Shown: positions 1 to 10,314, counted from the stretch's first letter. The stretch: 64,000 nt of DNA from Actinomycetota bacterium (GCA_018334075.1 JAGXSC010000010.1:37102-101101); one strand, 5' to 3'. Program-made: numbers and translations. Notes: a model not told the origin generated them from the sequence alone.

Positions 1-79
1 TGAACAGACCGCTCTGTGTCTTTTCCTCGGCATCCGCCGGCTTGACGATCACGCGATCGCCCAACGGCTTCAAATTCAT
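1..79 (-). CDS. groES: Co-chaperonin GroES, 5' end only (gene runs off the left edge)
   Basis: Not in the ORF track. A minus-strand ATG at 79..77 is preceded by GGAGGG. My translation, [26 protein letters not shown], is a typical GroES N-terminus. A promoter and CIRCE operator lie upstream. Confidence 0.85.
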   Translation of the reverse strand, partial: MNLKPLGDRVIVKPADAEEKTQSGLF

Positions 80-199
80 GTGCTGCCCTCCTGTTTCGAT
101 ATCTGACATGACCAGAAAGCCCGGCAAGTCAGGTGAAGGTCGACTGGCGAGTTCCCGCCAGTTCATACCTCGAATTTTCGCACCCGAAAGCCGAACCTG

Positions 200-226
200 C
201 TAGCACTCTTTGTCTTTGAGTGCCAG
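200..226 (-). promoter_or_regulatory. CIRCE operator (HrcA binding site) for groES
   Basis: Inverted repeat CTAGCACTC-N9-GAGTGCCAG, compared with the consensus TTAGCACTC-N9-GAGTGCTAA. It lies 9 nt downstream of the -10 box and upstream of groES. Confidence 0.75.
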
Positions 227-235
227 CAGGAACGA

Positions 236-264
236 ATTATACCTTGCGCCGACGTGAGGTTCAA
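236..264 (-). promoter_or_regulatory. Sigma-70-type promoter for groES
   Basis: The minus strand reads TTGAAC-N17-TATAAT (-35 at 264..259, -10 at 241..236), directly followed by CIRCE. Confidence 0.65.
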
Positions 265-330
265 TACTCTTTACCAGCTACTTTGCAACTGATATTGAGT
301 CTGACGCGCTTAGATTATTGGTGGACGCTA

Positions 331-1875
331 CTAGTCTACATTCACCGTTTTCCACAGGTCACGGAATTGCTCGTAGGTATAGGCGCTGATGACTCCGGTG
401 CCGCCGATAACATAGCAGCCTGTGCCGTCCAAGCCCCAAGTGTTATGCCCTACACTTCCGCTTTCAGCAAAATACGCATTGACCTGCGGGTGCAACGATC
501 CACTCGGGGTCAGTAAAATCGGGGCGCCCGCCCAATATGCAAGTGACGCCGCAGCAAACCCATCGGCGAATGCATTGCCCGAGACAATGGTAGCCAAGCT
601 GTCAGTCATCCCTAGGTCATTGACCCCGTGTAGCGCAACATTTTTGGAAGTCTCGAATCTGTTTTCACCGGTGATTCGCGTTGCGCCAAACTCGGCATCA
701 AGTTGATCGAGCAACGCATCACTTATAACACCCGATCCACCTACAACCATCAAATTGGTGATTCCATTGTCACGCAACCAGGTGACGGTGGTGGTCGGCA
801 CCGAATCTTTATTTGTCATCAGAATCGGCGAGGAATCCCATCCGGCAACCGGCGCCGCCGAGAGGGCGTCCGGGTAGGCGTTCCCATTGACAATGTATGC
901 CGTTTGTGTGCCTATAAGGCTAGCCATCTCGTCAGCGATTGCTACCGCGGTATGGAAGCGATTGATGCCGCCAAGTCGCTTTACTGAGGTAACCCCCCTC
1001 ATCTCCTGCAGCTTGGAAAACACATCCTCGCTGACAGCTGATCTGCCGCCTATGACATACAGATCAAGCTCATCTTCATCCCAAAACAACGATTCTGTGA
1101 TGCGCGTTATCTCCGCTTTGGTTTCCCACGGCAGGGAGTCCCTGTGGGTCAGAAGTAAAACGCCGCCGCGCGATCCCGCCAGGGTCGCACCAGCGGACAT
1201 GTCTGCTGGGCTGTGTCCATTCGCAATAACAATCGTATTGGGGCCATATCCGGTACCATAGTAGGAGTTTTCCGTGTTGTCCCACTGCAGGCGAGATATT
1301 GCTGCTGCGGTGGCAAACCTGTTGGGTCCCGATATGCGTCGAGCATTGCCTAATGTGATGTGCAGCTCATACGCGAACGGATAGTCTGAGATGCCCTCGA
1401 TTCCCAGATAATAGGTACCGGGGAAAGTTGCCGGGTACCACAGTGATTCACTGTAGGTGGAGTCGAAATATGCATGATCGTCAACGGTTCCGAGAAGCAC
1501 CATATCCTCGTCGTAAAGCCTGAGATAAGTATCCGACCAGCCTGCCACATACATCGTCTCAACCCAAATTGGCGTGCCTGTCTCGGTAATGGTTATTTTG
1601 ACAAAATCAACTTCGTCCTCTTCAAGGTTGTTGGTGCCATGAAAGGTACGCTTCGACGAAAAAGTGTTGCCGTGAACAGTTGGGTTATAAACCATAGCCG
1701 TTTGTGTAGTATCGTCCGGTTCGAACCTGTCTTGATCGAACCGCGCGATCTGAGCCGTAACCCCTTGGCCGGAAACACCACCCTTGGCCGAAACTGCGGC
1801 TAACGGCAGTACGGCAACCATTACTAAAACCAGTACCATTAGAATGGAAACTTTCGAGCGTAAAGAGTAGTTCAT
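331..1875 (-). CDS. Secreted cell-wall-associated protein: signal peptide, PPC-like N-terminal domain, three CWB2-type cell-wall-binding repeats
   Basis: The ORF track extends to 1956. I prefer the internal ATG at 1875 because GGAGAGGAG lies upstream and it gives MNYSLRSKVSILMVLVLVMVAVLPLAAVSAKGG, a signal peptide. An FEPDD..A motif with YLRLYD suggests a pre-peptidase C-terminal-like fold. Repeats carrying NRFATAAAIS, NRFHTAVAIA and NRFETSKNVA resemble CWB2 (PF04122) modules. Confidence 0.7.
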   Translation of the reverse strand: MNYSLRSKVSILMVLVLVMVAVLPLAAVSAKGGVSGQGVTAQIARFDQDRFEPDDTTQTAMVYNPTVHGNTFSSKRTFHGTNNLEEDEVDFVKITITETGTPIWVETMYVAGWSDTYLRLYDEDMVLLGTVDDHAYFDSTYSESLWYPATFPGTYYLGIEGISDYPFAYELHITLGNARRISGPNRFATAAAISRLQWDNTENSYYGTGYGPNTIVIANGHSPADMSAGATLAGSRGGVLLLTHRDSLPWETKAEITRITESLFWDEDELDLYVIGGRSAVSEDVFSKLQEMRGVTSVKRLGGINRFHTAVAIADEMASLIGTQTAYIVNGNAYPDALSAAPVAGWDSSPILMTNKDSVPTTTVTWLRDNGITNLMVVGGSGVISDALLDQLDAEFGATRITGENRFETSKNVALHGVNDLGMTDSLATIVSGNAFADGFAAASLAYWAGAPILLTPSGSLHPQVNAYFAESGSVGHNTWGLDGTGCYVIGGTGVISAYTYEQFRDLWKTVNVD

Positions 1876-2005
1876 AAACCCCACTCCTCTCCCTCTAAGC
1901 AGGTGAACCTGCTTGGCTGAGAATGCCGATCCCTCACCCCGGCGCAATATCGACAATACTCCTGTAATGCATAGAATACAATGCCTTAAAGTGGCTTAAT
2001 TCGGC

Positions 2006-3562
2006 CTACCCCAACCTCATGTCAGGCATCACATCGGCGCTTAGTAAAAGCCTCTCGCCGCGCAAAAACCGAAATGTCCCCGCGACGCCTATCATCACCG
2101 CATTGTCAGTACACAAAGCCAGTGGCGGCACTGACACGGACACCCCTGCCCGGCCAAGCTCTTCGGAAAGGGCGTGGCGTAATTCCCGGTTCGCCGCGAC
2201 ACCGCCTCCCAGCACAAATCTCTTCACGTCATACTTTTTCACGGCCCGAAGGGTCTTGGCGACCTGCACGTCGTTGACGGCCGCCTGGAATGAGGCCGCC
2301 AAATCAGGCAGGTTCAGCTGACGACCAGCCTCCCTTTCATGGCGGACGTAATTGACCACCGCTGTCTTGAGCCCGGACAATGAAAACGAGTAGTTCTTTG
2401 AGTGCATCATCGCCCGGGGAAAATCGATAGCGTCCCGATCCCCTTCTTCGGCAAGCGCCGAGAGGATCGGCCCACCGGGATAGCCTAATCCAAGCAGCTT
2501 CGCCACCTTGTCGAAAGCCTCCCCCACGGCATCGTCAAGAGTCTCTCCTAAGATCTTGTAAGTACCCCATTTGGGAACATAGGCCAAAAAAGTGTGCCCA
2601 CCACTAAGCACCAGCGCGATAAATGGTGGCTCGATCTCCGAATCAGCCATTCGCGCGGCAAAAATATGTCCCTCGAGGTGATTGACGCCTACCATCGGCA
2701 CGCCGGAAGCAAGCGAAAGCCCCTTGGCGTATGCAAGGCCGACGACCAGCGCCCCAACAAGCCCCGGTCCCTGGGTGACAGCGATGGCATCGAGGTCCTT
2801 GTACGCGAGCTGCACTCCTATTCTCTCGCTTGCGAGCTTCATCGCCTCATCCACTGTCGAGACGATCGCCTCCGTGTGCTTGCGACTGGCAATCTCCGGA
2901 ACTACCCCGCCGAAACGTGAGTGAAACTCGGTCTGACTGGCAACCACACTGGATAGCACGGTGCTGCCAGAAGAGAGCACGGCAGCTGCGGTCTCGTCAC
3001 AAGATGTCTCAATCGCAAGCACGATGGGGCCGAGAATGTCCGGGAAAGCACCAAGCATGCTCAGCGTTGACTCCGCCTCACGCGCTAAAGCTTTAAAGCG
3101 AGTGGCCTCTTGAGATGAATCGAGTTCCCCTGACGACATAGTCAAAGCATCTTCTCCACTCTCGGAGTAATACTGCGGCCTGAGTCCTGCGACGATAAAA
3201 CCTGCCGACTCGCACAGGGCGATCGCCCCAGCGTTGCCCTCCCTGACCTCAAGGGTCATGCGATTGACTCCTCGCTGTGACATGACGCTGTATAACGCGG
3301 CTAGCAATGCCTTTGCGAGACCCCGTCTTCTCCAGTCGTGGGCCACGGCAAGATTGAGAATGTGCGACTCATACTCGGCAAAACACGCCCCGATGTAACC
3401 GGAGACGCGGCCGCTACATACCGCAACCAGCCATACCCTGTCATCCAGACAGAGTTCAGAGCGAAATATCCCACGGCTCCATGGGTGCGCAAAACTTCGC
3501 TCCTCGATGGCGAGCACGTCGTCTACGTCCGATGCAACCATGTTCCTTACGTAAGCGCTCAT
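2006..3562 (-). CDS. tsaD: Fusion protein: RimI-type N-acetyltransferase (N-terminal ~150 aa) plus tRNA N6-adenosine threonylcarbamoyltransferase TsaD
   Basis: The N-terminal GNAT region (RRRGLAKALL.., EVREGNAGAIALCESAGF) is followed by a ~40-aa linker and then TsaD (ILAIETSCDETAAAV, GVNHLEGH). A 4-nt overlap with tsaB supports the start. Confidence 0.85.
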   Translation of the reverse strand: MSAYVRNMVASDVDDVLAIEERSFAHPWSRGIFRSELCLDDRVWLVAVCSGRVSGYIGACFAEYESHILNLAVAHDWRRRGLAKALLAALYSVMSQRGVNRMTLEVREGNAGAIALCESAGFIVAGLRPQYYSESGEDALTMSSGELDSSQEATRFKALAREAESTLSMLGAFPDILGPIVLAIETSCDETAAAVLSSGSTVLSSVVASQTEFHSRFGGVVPEIASRKHTEAIVSTVDEAMKLASERIGVQLAYKDLDAIAVTQGPGLVGALVVGLAYAKGLSLASGVPMVGVNHLEGHIFAARMADSEIEPPFIALVLSGGHTFLAYVPKWGTYKILGETLDDAVGEAFDKVAKLLGLGYPGGPILSALAEEGDRDAIDFPRAMMHSKNYSFSLSGLKTAVVNYVRHEREAGRQLNLPDLAASFQAAVNDVQVAKTLRAVKKYDVKRFVLGGGVAANRELRHALSEELGRAGVSVSVPPLALCTDNAVMIGVAGTFRFLRGERLLLSADVMPDMRLG

Positions 3563-4332
3563 GCGGGATGCCCCCCGCCTGTACCGCCCGCTCGCCTGCG
3601 CGAGGCGCTGTTCCGCTCGTTTTCCTCGGCATCCGAGAGGCGCGTGTAGATCGGCAAGACTCCTGCTGCGTCGCCGTCCCCGATCTCTCCCGTCTCACAG
3701 TGCGCACTGTGCGCCATCAGCAAGGAGGCGCCTGAAGGAAGCCACAGATGCTCTTCGGCGATCCATGCCGAGGAGTTGAATTCTGCACGGAAAATATCGG
3801 CGTACTTTACCAGGCCGTTGCCGGTAAGAAGCACCGGTTTGCCGAGTGTGGCCCATCGCTTCGCAGCCACATCCGGCTTGCTGACAGTGTCGTGGTCCAG
3901 CCTGCGAACCTCAAGCGGTCCGACACGGAACAAGGCCGGATAAACCTCGCCCCGCATGGCATCGCCGACTACCCCGACCAGGGCATCCTCCGATGCAAGG
4001 GCAGCGATTCTCCACGCGACTGCATCGGCGGTACCGAGTTCATACAGCGGCACTCCAAGGGCACTCGCCAGCCCTTTTGCAAGCGCGACGCCGATGCGCA
4101 CGCCTGTAAAAGATCCAGGCCCCAAGCCAACGACAACTCGATCCACGTCGCCGAAGGATAATCCTGCCTGCTCAAGCAGCGCCGATACTCTAGGTGCACT
4201 CTCAGAGAGAGCCGCGCGAGGTGAGTAGGTATCATCGCTTGCAATGATATGCACTCGATTTTCTTGCATCTGCCCGACGCCGATAGCAACTACCTCGGTG
4301 GCGGTGTCGATTCCCAGCACCGTGCGCTTCAT
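3559..4332 (-). CDS. tsaB: tRNA t6A biosynthesis protein TsaB
   Basis: VLGIDTATEVVAIGV and GPGSFTGVRIG motifs. ATGA overlaps with tsaE upstream and rimI-tsaD downstream. Confidence 0.8.
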   Translation of the reverse strand: MKRTVLGIDTATEVVAIGVGQMQENRVHIIASDDTYSPRAALSESAPRVSALLEQAGLSFGDVDRVVVGLGPGSFTGVRIGVALAKGLASALGVPLYELGTADAVAWRIAALASEDALVGVVGDAMRGEVYPALFRVGPLEVRRLDHDTVSKPDVAAKRWATLGKPVLLTGNGLVKYADIFRAEFNSSAWIAEEHLWLPSGASLLMAHSAHCETGEIGDGDAAGVLPIYTRLSDAEENERNSASRRRAGGTGGGHPA

Positions 4333-4838
4333 CGATGCACCTCAACCCCGGACAGGCTGGAGCAGGCATCTACCCAGGACTCGATAATCGCCGCTCCCCT
4401 CGGGCCCCTGGCCATAAGTGACATCTCCCTGACTTCGTCTTCGATTATCCTTATATCGACAGCGACATAGGAGTCTGGCTGGCTCTCGGCAAAGCGATCT
4501 CCCCACTCGACAACGGCAACGCCGCCGGAGTCAAGGGCGTCGTAGTATCCAACATCTTCCAACTGCGCTGCAGAGTCCAACCTGTAAAGATCAATATGGT
4601 AGAGGGTGAGCCTGCCTTCATGAACCTTCATAACGTTGAAGGTCGGACTTGTCACTCCCTCGTCTACTCCCAGCCCTGCCGCGATCCCTTTTGCCAGCGC
4701 GGTCTTGCCCGCCCCAAGGTCGCCAGAGAGCAGTATCGTGTCGCCGGGAACCAGTAGCCCTGCCGCTGCCACTCCGACCGCATGCGTCGATCGCTCACTG
4801 TAAGTGTATATCTCGAAGCGATGCCCCTGGTCTCTCAT
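4329..4838 (-). CDS. tsaE: tRNA t6A biosynthesis ATPase TsaE
   Basis: Walker A GDLGAGKTALAKG. The ORF track starts at 4856. I prefer the ATG at 4838 because it forms an ATGA overlap with the stop of the upstream UDG gene. Confidence 0.8.
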   Translation of the reverse strand: MRDQGHRFEIYTYSERSTHAVGVAAAGLLVPGDTILLSGDLGAGKTALAKGIAAGLGVDEGVTSPTFNVMKVHEGRLTLYHIDLYRLDSAAQLEDVGYYDALDSGGVAVVEWGDRFAESQPDSYVAVDIRIIEDEVREMSLMARGPRGAAIIESWVDACSSLSGVEVHR

Positions 4839-5443
4839 TTGCGCAAGTCCCCACACCCATCTTCTTTATCGCTTGACGGTCGCTCGGCATTCAGCAATTC
4901 ACCAATCACCGAAAAATCAGCCAACAGTGTTTCCCGCTTGGTCACATCGTATATCGCTGCGGCGGGGTGATACACCGGAATCACTGTTAGAAACCCTTTG
5001 TGCTGCGGAATTCCTCGCTGCTTTGTAATGGTTTCAGTCGTCTTGAGGACAAATCGCGTCGAGAAGTTGCCGAGTGTAACGAGAATCTTCGGATGCACCA
5101 AAGCCACTTGCCGGCGAAGGAGGTTTGCGCACGCCGCTATCTCGGCCGGCGTCGGGTTCCTGTTGCCTGGCGGACGGCACTTGAGCAGGTTCGTGATGTA
5201 CACATCACTTCTATCCAGGTGAATAGAGCGCAGCAACTCATCGAAGAATTTCCCTGCGGCTCCCACGAAGGGTTCTCCGCGTAAATCCTCATTACGACCA
5301 GGGGCCTCGCCCACGAACATCAGGTTCGCGCAGGGATCACCAAACCCGAAAACCACACGATTCCTGGTAGTGCTCAAAGGGCACTCGCGACATTCTTCGG
5401 CTTGTCGGCGAAGCTCATCCAAGGTATCAAAAACAGTGCTCAC
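4835..5443 (-). CDS. Uracil-DNA glycosylase, family 4 (Fe-S type)
   Basis: CRECPL...VVFGFGDPCANLMFVGEAPGRNEDLRGEPFVGAAGK is the family-4 UDG signature. GTG start. Confidence 0.8.
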   Translation of the reverse strand: MSTVFDTLDELRRQAEECRECPLSTTRNRVVFGFGDPCANLMFVGEAPGRNEDLRGEPFVGAAGKFFDELLRSIHLDRSDVYITNLLKCRPPGNRNPTPAEIAACANLLRRQVALVHPKILVTLGNFSTRFVLKTTETITKQRGIPQHKGFLTVIPVYHPAAAIYDVTKRETLLADFSVIGELLNAERPSSDKEDGCGDLRK

Positions 5444-5447
5444 GACG

Positions 5448-5963
5448 CTACAGCCACACAGTCAGCTCGTCCACAGGCCTTCTTGCGGGACGCGCTGAAG
5501 ACTCTGCCGAGTAACCAATCGGCAATATGGCAACTGGAGTGATCGGTGCGGTTATATCGAGTGCGTCTCGAATGGCGCCCTCATCGAACGCCCCGATCCA
5601 GCATGACGACAGCCCCCTATCGACCGCGGCCAATAAGATGTTTTGGATTGCCGCGGCGGTATCCTGGATTGCGTAGAGCATCTCCCCTCGGCCACCGTAC
5701 CTTGCCGCACAGGGCCTGGGGTCCACTGAAACAACGATTATCACGGGCGCAGGCGCAACCCATCTCTGGCGCAGAGCCTCGATCAGGCGCTCCTTCGCCG
5801 CCGCACTTCGAACCACAGTGAAACGCCAAGGCTGGATGTTGCCCGCCGAAGGCGCTGTTATCGCAGCGGCCAGCAGCGCTTGAACATCATCATCGCTGAC
5901 AGCAACTTTGGTCTTGAAATGGCGAACGCTCCTGCGCTTGGCAAGAACATCGGTAAACTCCAT
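5448..5963 (-). CDS. Nitroreductase-family flavoprotein
   Basis: MEFTDVLAKRRSVRHF... and PSAGNIQPW motifs. The internal ATG at 5963 with a GGAAGGAAG SD is preferred over the track start at 5996. Confidence 0.75.
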   Translation of the reverse strand: MEFTDVLAKRRSVRHFKTKVAVSDDDVQALLAAAITAPSAGNIQPWRFTVVRSAAAKERLIEALRQRWVAPAPVIIVVSVDPRPCAARYGGRGEMLYAIQDTAAAIQNILLAAVDRGLSSCWIGAFDEGAIRDALDITAPITPVAILPIGYSAESSARPARRPVDELTVWL

Positions 5964-6090
5964 ATGCTTCCTTCCAGCTTGAGTTTTTCTGTACAAGCTA
6001 TTCTAGACCAGCAGCTCGAAATTCGGAGATCGGATAAAGGAAAATCGAATCGGTTGCCGAACTGATAGGTAAACCCAAGGAGGTAGCGCC

Positions 6091-6468
6091 ATGCCGATGA
6101 GACGCCCTGGCGTAACGAACGAAGATATCGGAATGCGAGCGTTTCAGATCCGCAAAGCCAAAGCGGTTGAACGGGCCATGGATCGCGTTCGCCACTCACA
6201 CAAAAAGGAGTGGCATTCGATAACCAGCTCGCAGGTAGAAGAGATCGAGTGGGTACTCGGTGAGTTATGGGCGTACGTCGCTCGTGACGAGTGGAACGAC
6301 CTGCGCTTTGGGCATCTTGGTATTCCCGATCTGCACGAGATATTGAAGCTAGGCCGAGAACTCCGCCAGCACTCTCGTAACGCGGTAGAGATATTGATGG
6401 ACGTCAACGCCATAATCGTCAGGAAGGGCAAAGAAGTGGCGCCGAGCGATTCCGCCACTGAAGACTAG
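6091..6468 (+). CDS. Hypothetical protein (125 aa), no family recognised
   Basis: A strong SD (AAGGAGG, 7 nt upstream of the ATG) and a clean ORF. It is the only plus-strand gene in the first 20 kb. Its stop overlaps the atpD stop (CTAG). Confidence 0.55.
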   Translation: MPMRRPGVTNEDIGMRAFQIRKAKAVERAMDRVRHSHKKEWHSITSSQVEEIEWVLGELWAYVARDEWNDLRFGHLGIPDLHEILKLGRELRQHSRNAVEILMDVNAIIVRKGKEVAPSDSATED

Positions 6469-7112
6469 GGCCGCTGCGAGGCTTTGGCTCGCTCGATCTT
6501 CTTCTTTACCTTCTTGAGCCTGAACAGATCTTCCCGAGCGCGCTCATCAAGCGTCTGGCGAATATATGTTACTTGCTCCCTGAGCTGCGGGATCGTCACT
6601 TGCTCAAGCGCATTGACCCTTCGATTCGTTTTCTGAATCTCATCGCCGAGTCGTTTGAGTCGGGTTTCTATATCGGCATACTCAATGATTACATCGAGTA
6701 TTCGCTCGAATCTGTCGGCGGTCTCGTCAACCCTGCTTGAGATCCCTGTAACCGAGTAGCCGCGAGTGAAAGAAGATCTGATCGGGCTCTCGCCCTTGGT
6801 CACCACGGGAACGGGTACGCCCATGATGCGGGTTCCTGACATCTCAACAACGACATCGCCTTTGGTTGCCATTCCTGCGGAACGCAACGCTACCGTGCCG
6901 TCAACCGCTTTTGCAACGGCAAGCGAATACTGCGCGTCCGAAACAGCCTTTTGTAAGGCTTCGGACAACCGTAAGGTTTCATCCATCACACCCATGAACT
7001 CGATGAGTAGGGCATCGCGCTTTTGCTTGAGCAGGTCCATGCCCTGCTCCGCCAGCTTGATTTGCCCTCGGCGTTCAAGAAGCTCAGAGCGCGTAGGTCG
7101 TACTTCTTCCAA
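6465..7112 (-). CDS. atpD: V/A-type ATP synthase subunit D
   Basis: PTRSELLERRGQIKLAEQGMDLLKQKRDALL is typical of V-type subunit D. It is the last gene of the operon. Confidence 0.9.
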   Translation of the reverse strand: MEEVRPTRSELLERRGQIKLAEQGMDLLKQKRDALLIEFMGVMDETLRLSEALQKAVSDAQYSLAVAKAVDGTVALRSAGMATKGDVVVEMSGTRIMGVPVPVVTKGESPIRSSFTRGYSVTGISSRVDETADRFERILDVIIEYADIETRLKRLGDEIQKTNRRVNALEQVTIPQLREQVTYIRQTLDERAREDLFRLKKVKKKIERAKASQRP

Positions 7113-7127
7113 GATACTCGCACCTCA

Positions 7128-8561
7128 CTATATGTCGCCCTTGACTTCAGGATTAGGATGATATTTCTCGATGAAGTCGCGTACTCGCTTGAGCTCGCTC
7201 ATTGGTAGCCCGCTCATCAGATCCCAGGCAATCTCCAAGGTCTCCTCCACGGATCGCCCTTCCTCGCCCTGTCCGACGATGCGCGACTCGAAGTCATCAG
7301 CAAAACGCAGGTAGCGTCTGTCGGTCTCGGACAATGCCTCCTCGCCAACGATCGCAACAAGCTTGCGAAGATCGCGTCCTTGAGCGTAGGCCGCGTAGAG
7401 CTGATTGGCTACTGCCCGATGATCTTCTCGGGTTTTCCCCTCACCGATACCTAAATTCATCAGTCGCGACAGGCAAGGAAGCGTATCAATCGGGGGATAG
7501 ATGCCGCGCCGGTGCAGATGCCTTGAGAGCACTATCTGCCCCTCAGTGATATATCCAGTTAGATCCGGGATGGGATGCGTGATGTCGTCATCGGGCATAG
7601 ACAGGATGGGAAGCTGCGTAACCGAACCTTTGCGGCCTTTAATCCTTCCCGCACGTTCGTAGATTGCTGCAAGATCGGTGTACATATATCCCGGAAATCC
7701 ACGGCGGCCCGGTACCTCTTCCCGCGCGGTAGAAACCTCCCGCAGCGCCTCACAGTAGTTTGTCATATCCGATAGAACCACAAGCACCTGCATGTCCTTC
7801 TCAAACGCGAGGAACTCGGCAACTGTGAGTGCGCACTTGGGGGTAAGGAGCCTCTCGACGGTAGGATCGTCGGCAAGATTCTGAAAGAAAACGACTCGAA
7901 CCAGCGCGCCCGTCTCCTCGAACTGCGACATGAAGAAGCTGGCCTCGCGATGCGTGATGCCCATCGCCCCGAAAACTATCGCGAACTCCTCACCGCTTTT
8001 TACTCGTGCCTGACGGATTATCTGTGCCGCCAACTCGTTTGCAGGCAGGCCGGATCCGGAAAAGATGGGAAGCTTCTGGCCTCGGACAAGTGTGTTCAAG
8101 CCATCTATGGCGCTAATCCCGGTTTCAATAAAGTCAGCAGGCTTTTCCCGAGAGTATGGGTTGATCGGCGAGCCCATTATGTCGAGACGAGCCTCGGGAA
8201 TGATCGGGGGGCCGCCATCGATCGGCTTTCCGGTCCCATTCAGGACTCTTCCGAGCATCTCGGTAGAGACATCGATCTTTGCAACCTCTTCGAGAAAGCG
8301 AATCTCCGTGGAACTGACGTCGATACCCTGTGTCCCCTCAAAGACCTGGATCACAGCGATGTCGCCCGATATCTCCAGGACCTGCCCGGTCCTGATCGCG
8401 CCATCCGGCATTCGAATGGTCACCATCTCGTTGTACGCGACATCCTGAACGCTATCCACAAATACCAGCGGTCCCGTGACATACGAAATTGTTCGGTAGT
8501 CCGTGGATACAAGCGATAGCTTCATCTTTTGCTCAGGCGCACCTGTCGTTGAGATCGTCAC
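7128..8561 (-). CDS. atpB: V/A-type ATP synthase subunit B
   Basis: [28 protein letters not shown] and [15 protein letters not shown] motifs. The GTG start lies 1 nt after the atpA stop and has a GAGGTG SD. Confidence 0.95.
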   Translation of the reverse strand: MTISTTGAPEQKMKLSLVSTDYRTISYVTGPLVFVDSVQDVAYNEMVTIRMPDGAIRTGQVLEISGDIAVIQVFEGTQGIDVSSTEIRFLEEVAKIDVSTEMLGRVLNGTGKPIDGGPPIIPEARLDIMGSPINPYSREKPADFIETGISAIDGLNTLVRGQKLPIFSGSGLPANELAAQIIRQARVKSGEEFAIVFGAMGITHREASFFMSQFEETGALVRVVFFQNLADDPTVERLLTPKCALTVAEFLAFEKDMQVLVVLSDMTNYCEALREVSTAREEVPGRRGFPGYMYTDLAAIYERAGRIKGRKGSVTQLPILSMPDDDITHPIPDLTGYITEGQIVLSRHLHRRGIYPPIDTLPCLSRLMNLGIGEGKTREDHRAVANQLYAAYAQGRDLRKLVAIVGEEALSETDRRYLRFADDFESRIVGQGEEGRSVEETLEIAWDLMSGLPMSELKRVRDFIEKYHPNPEVKGDI

Positions 8562-8562
8562 T

Positions 8563-10314
8563 TCAGTACACCTCGATTCCCGCGATATCTTCTACCAGTT
8601 GATCTGCAAACTTGGGTATCTGCTCAAGCGCTTCGTCGTGTGGCATCGTTTTCATTTGGGCGATTCGATCGCGAATGGGCATATCCAGCACTTGGCGAAG
8701 AGACACCCCCCTGTTTAGAGCTGCAACGGCAGCATCATAGAACGATAAGATGACTTTCAGCATTTCGTATGCTTTATTTGGAGGACAGTAGGCATCTACC
8801 TCGTCGAAAGCAAACTGCTGAAGGAAATCCTCCCTCAACATTCTAGCGACTTCCAATATAACCTTCTCTGACTCAGGAAGCGCATCGGGCCCAACGAGTT
8901 GCACAATCTCTTGCAGTTCTGTCTCTTTTTGCAAGATAAACATCGCCCTGTCCCGCTTCTCCTGCCAGTCCGATGCGACATTCTCTTCGTACCAACTACG
9001 AATCTGCGAGCCGTAAAGTGTGTAGGATTTAGTCCAGGAAATCGCCGGGAAGTGCCTGCGATGAGCCAACGATGTGTCAAGGGCCCAGAATGCCCCAGTG
9101 ACTCGCAGTGAGTTCTGGGTCATAGGCTCCGACATATCGCCGCCGGCCGGAGATACCGCTCCGACCATGGTGACTGAGCCAACCCTGCCGTCAGAACCCA
9201 AGGCCCTGACTCGACCGGATCGCTCATAGTAAGCGGCCAAGCGGGTCGCAAGATATGCTGGGTAACCCTCCTCGCCTGGCATTTCCTCAAGTCGACCAGA
9301 AACCTCTCGCAACGCCTCACCCCATCTGGATGTAGAGTCGGCCATCATTGCAACGTTGTATCCCATGTCTCGGTAATATTCAGCCAGAGTGGCCCCAACG
9401 TATATGGATGCCTCGCGAGCCGCTACCGGCATATTGGAGGTATTGGCCACAAGAATCGTTCTGTCCATAAGCGGGGCGCCGGTTCGAGGATCCTCGAGCT
9501 CAGGGAACTCCTCCAATACCTCGGTCATCTCGTTGCCGCGCTCACCGCAGCCCACGTAAACGATGATGTCAACATCGGCCCATTTGGCCAGTGACTGCTG
9601 GGTTACGGTCTTCCCGGTCCCGAAGCCTCCGGGGATGATGGCGTTACCTCCCAAGGCAATCGGGAAAAACGTATCCAGTATGCGCATGCCAGTAGTAAAT
9701 GGATGATCGGGGTCGAGCTTTATATCATAGGGACGGCCCTGGCGAACAGGCCATAACTGACTCATTCTTATTTCTGTTCCGCCCTCAAGCGTGGCAAGAA
9801 CGTCTTTTATTGTGTAGGCACCGCCAGGCTTCACGCTTTCAACAACACCTGACACATCCGGGGGAACCATTATCTTGTGAACGATAGTTTGCCCTTCTGG
9901 GACCGTTCCAACGACATCGCCAGGCTTCAGCGCGTGGCCAACTTCGACAGCAGGCGTGAAGTCCCAGGCGCGCTCGACATCAAGAGCCGCAGCAACCGTG
10001 CCTCGCTCAATGAAGTCTCCAATTTGGTCGGCAATCACCGGCAAGGGCCGCTGGACTCCGTCGTATATCGAGGAAAGCAATCCGGGGCCCAGCTCAATCA
10101 TCAATGGTCCCTCGGTAGACTCGGCAATATCGCCGACTTTCAGTCCGGATGTATCTTCATATACCTGAATTGTTGCGAGATCCGCCTCGAGGCGAATGAT
10201 CTCTCCCATTAGCCCTTCCTGGCCCACTCGCACTATGTCGTACATCTTGGCCCCGCGCATCCCTTGCGCTACAACAACCGGGCCTGTGATCTTGAGTATC
10301 GTTCCGAGTATCAT
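8563..10314 (-). CDS. atpA: V/A-type ATP synthase catalytic subunit A
   Basis: Walker A GGFGTGKT, plus the non-homologous insert typical of A subunits and [15 protein letters not shown]. Confidence 0.95.
   Translation of the reverse strand: MILGTILKITGPVVVAQGMRGAKMYDIVRVGQEGLMGEIIRLEADLATIQVYEDTSGLKVGDIAESTEGPLMIELGPGLLSSIYDGVQRPLPVIADQIGDFIERGTVAAALDVERAWDFTPAVEVGHALKPGDVVGTVPEGQTIVHKIMVPPDVSGVVESVKPGGAYTIKDVLATLEGGTEIRMSQLWPVRQGRPYDIKLDPDHPFTTGMRILDTFFPIALGGNAIIPGGFGTGKTVTQQSLAKWADVDIIVYVGCGERGNEMTEVLEEFPELEDPRTGAPLMDRTILVANTSNMPVAAREASIYVGATLAEYYRDMGYNVAMMADSTSRWGEALREVSGRLEEMPGEEGYPAYLATRLAAYYERSGRVRALGSDGRVGSVTMVGAVSPAGGDMSEPMTQNSLRVTGAFWALDTSLAHRRHFPAISWTKSYTLYGSQIRSWYEENVASDWQEKRDRAMFILQKETELQEIVQLVGPDALPESEKVILEVARMLREDFLQQFAFDEVDAYCPPNKAYEMLKVILSFYDAAVAALNRGVSLRQVLDMPIRDRIAQMKTMPHDEALEQIPKFADQLVEDIAGIEVY

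Noticed and set aside
220-516. 98-aa plus-strand ORF at the left end
   Set aside because: It starts inside the CIRCE/promoter region of groES and runs antisense into the CWB2 protein gene. It has no SD.
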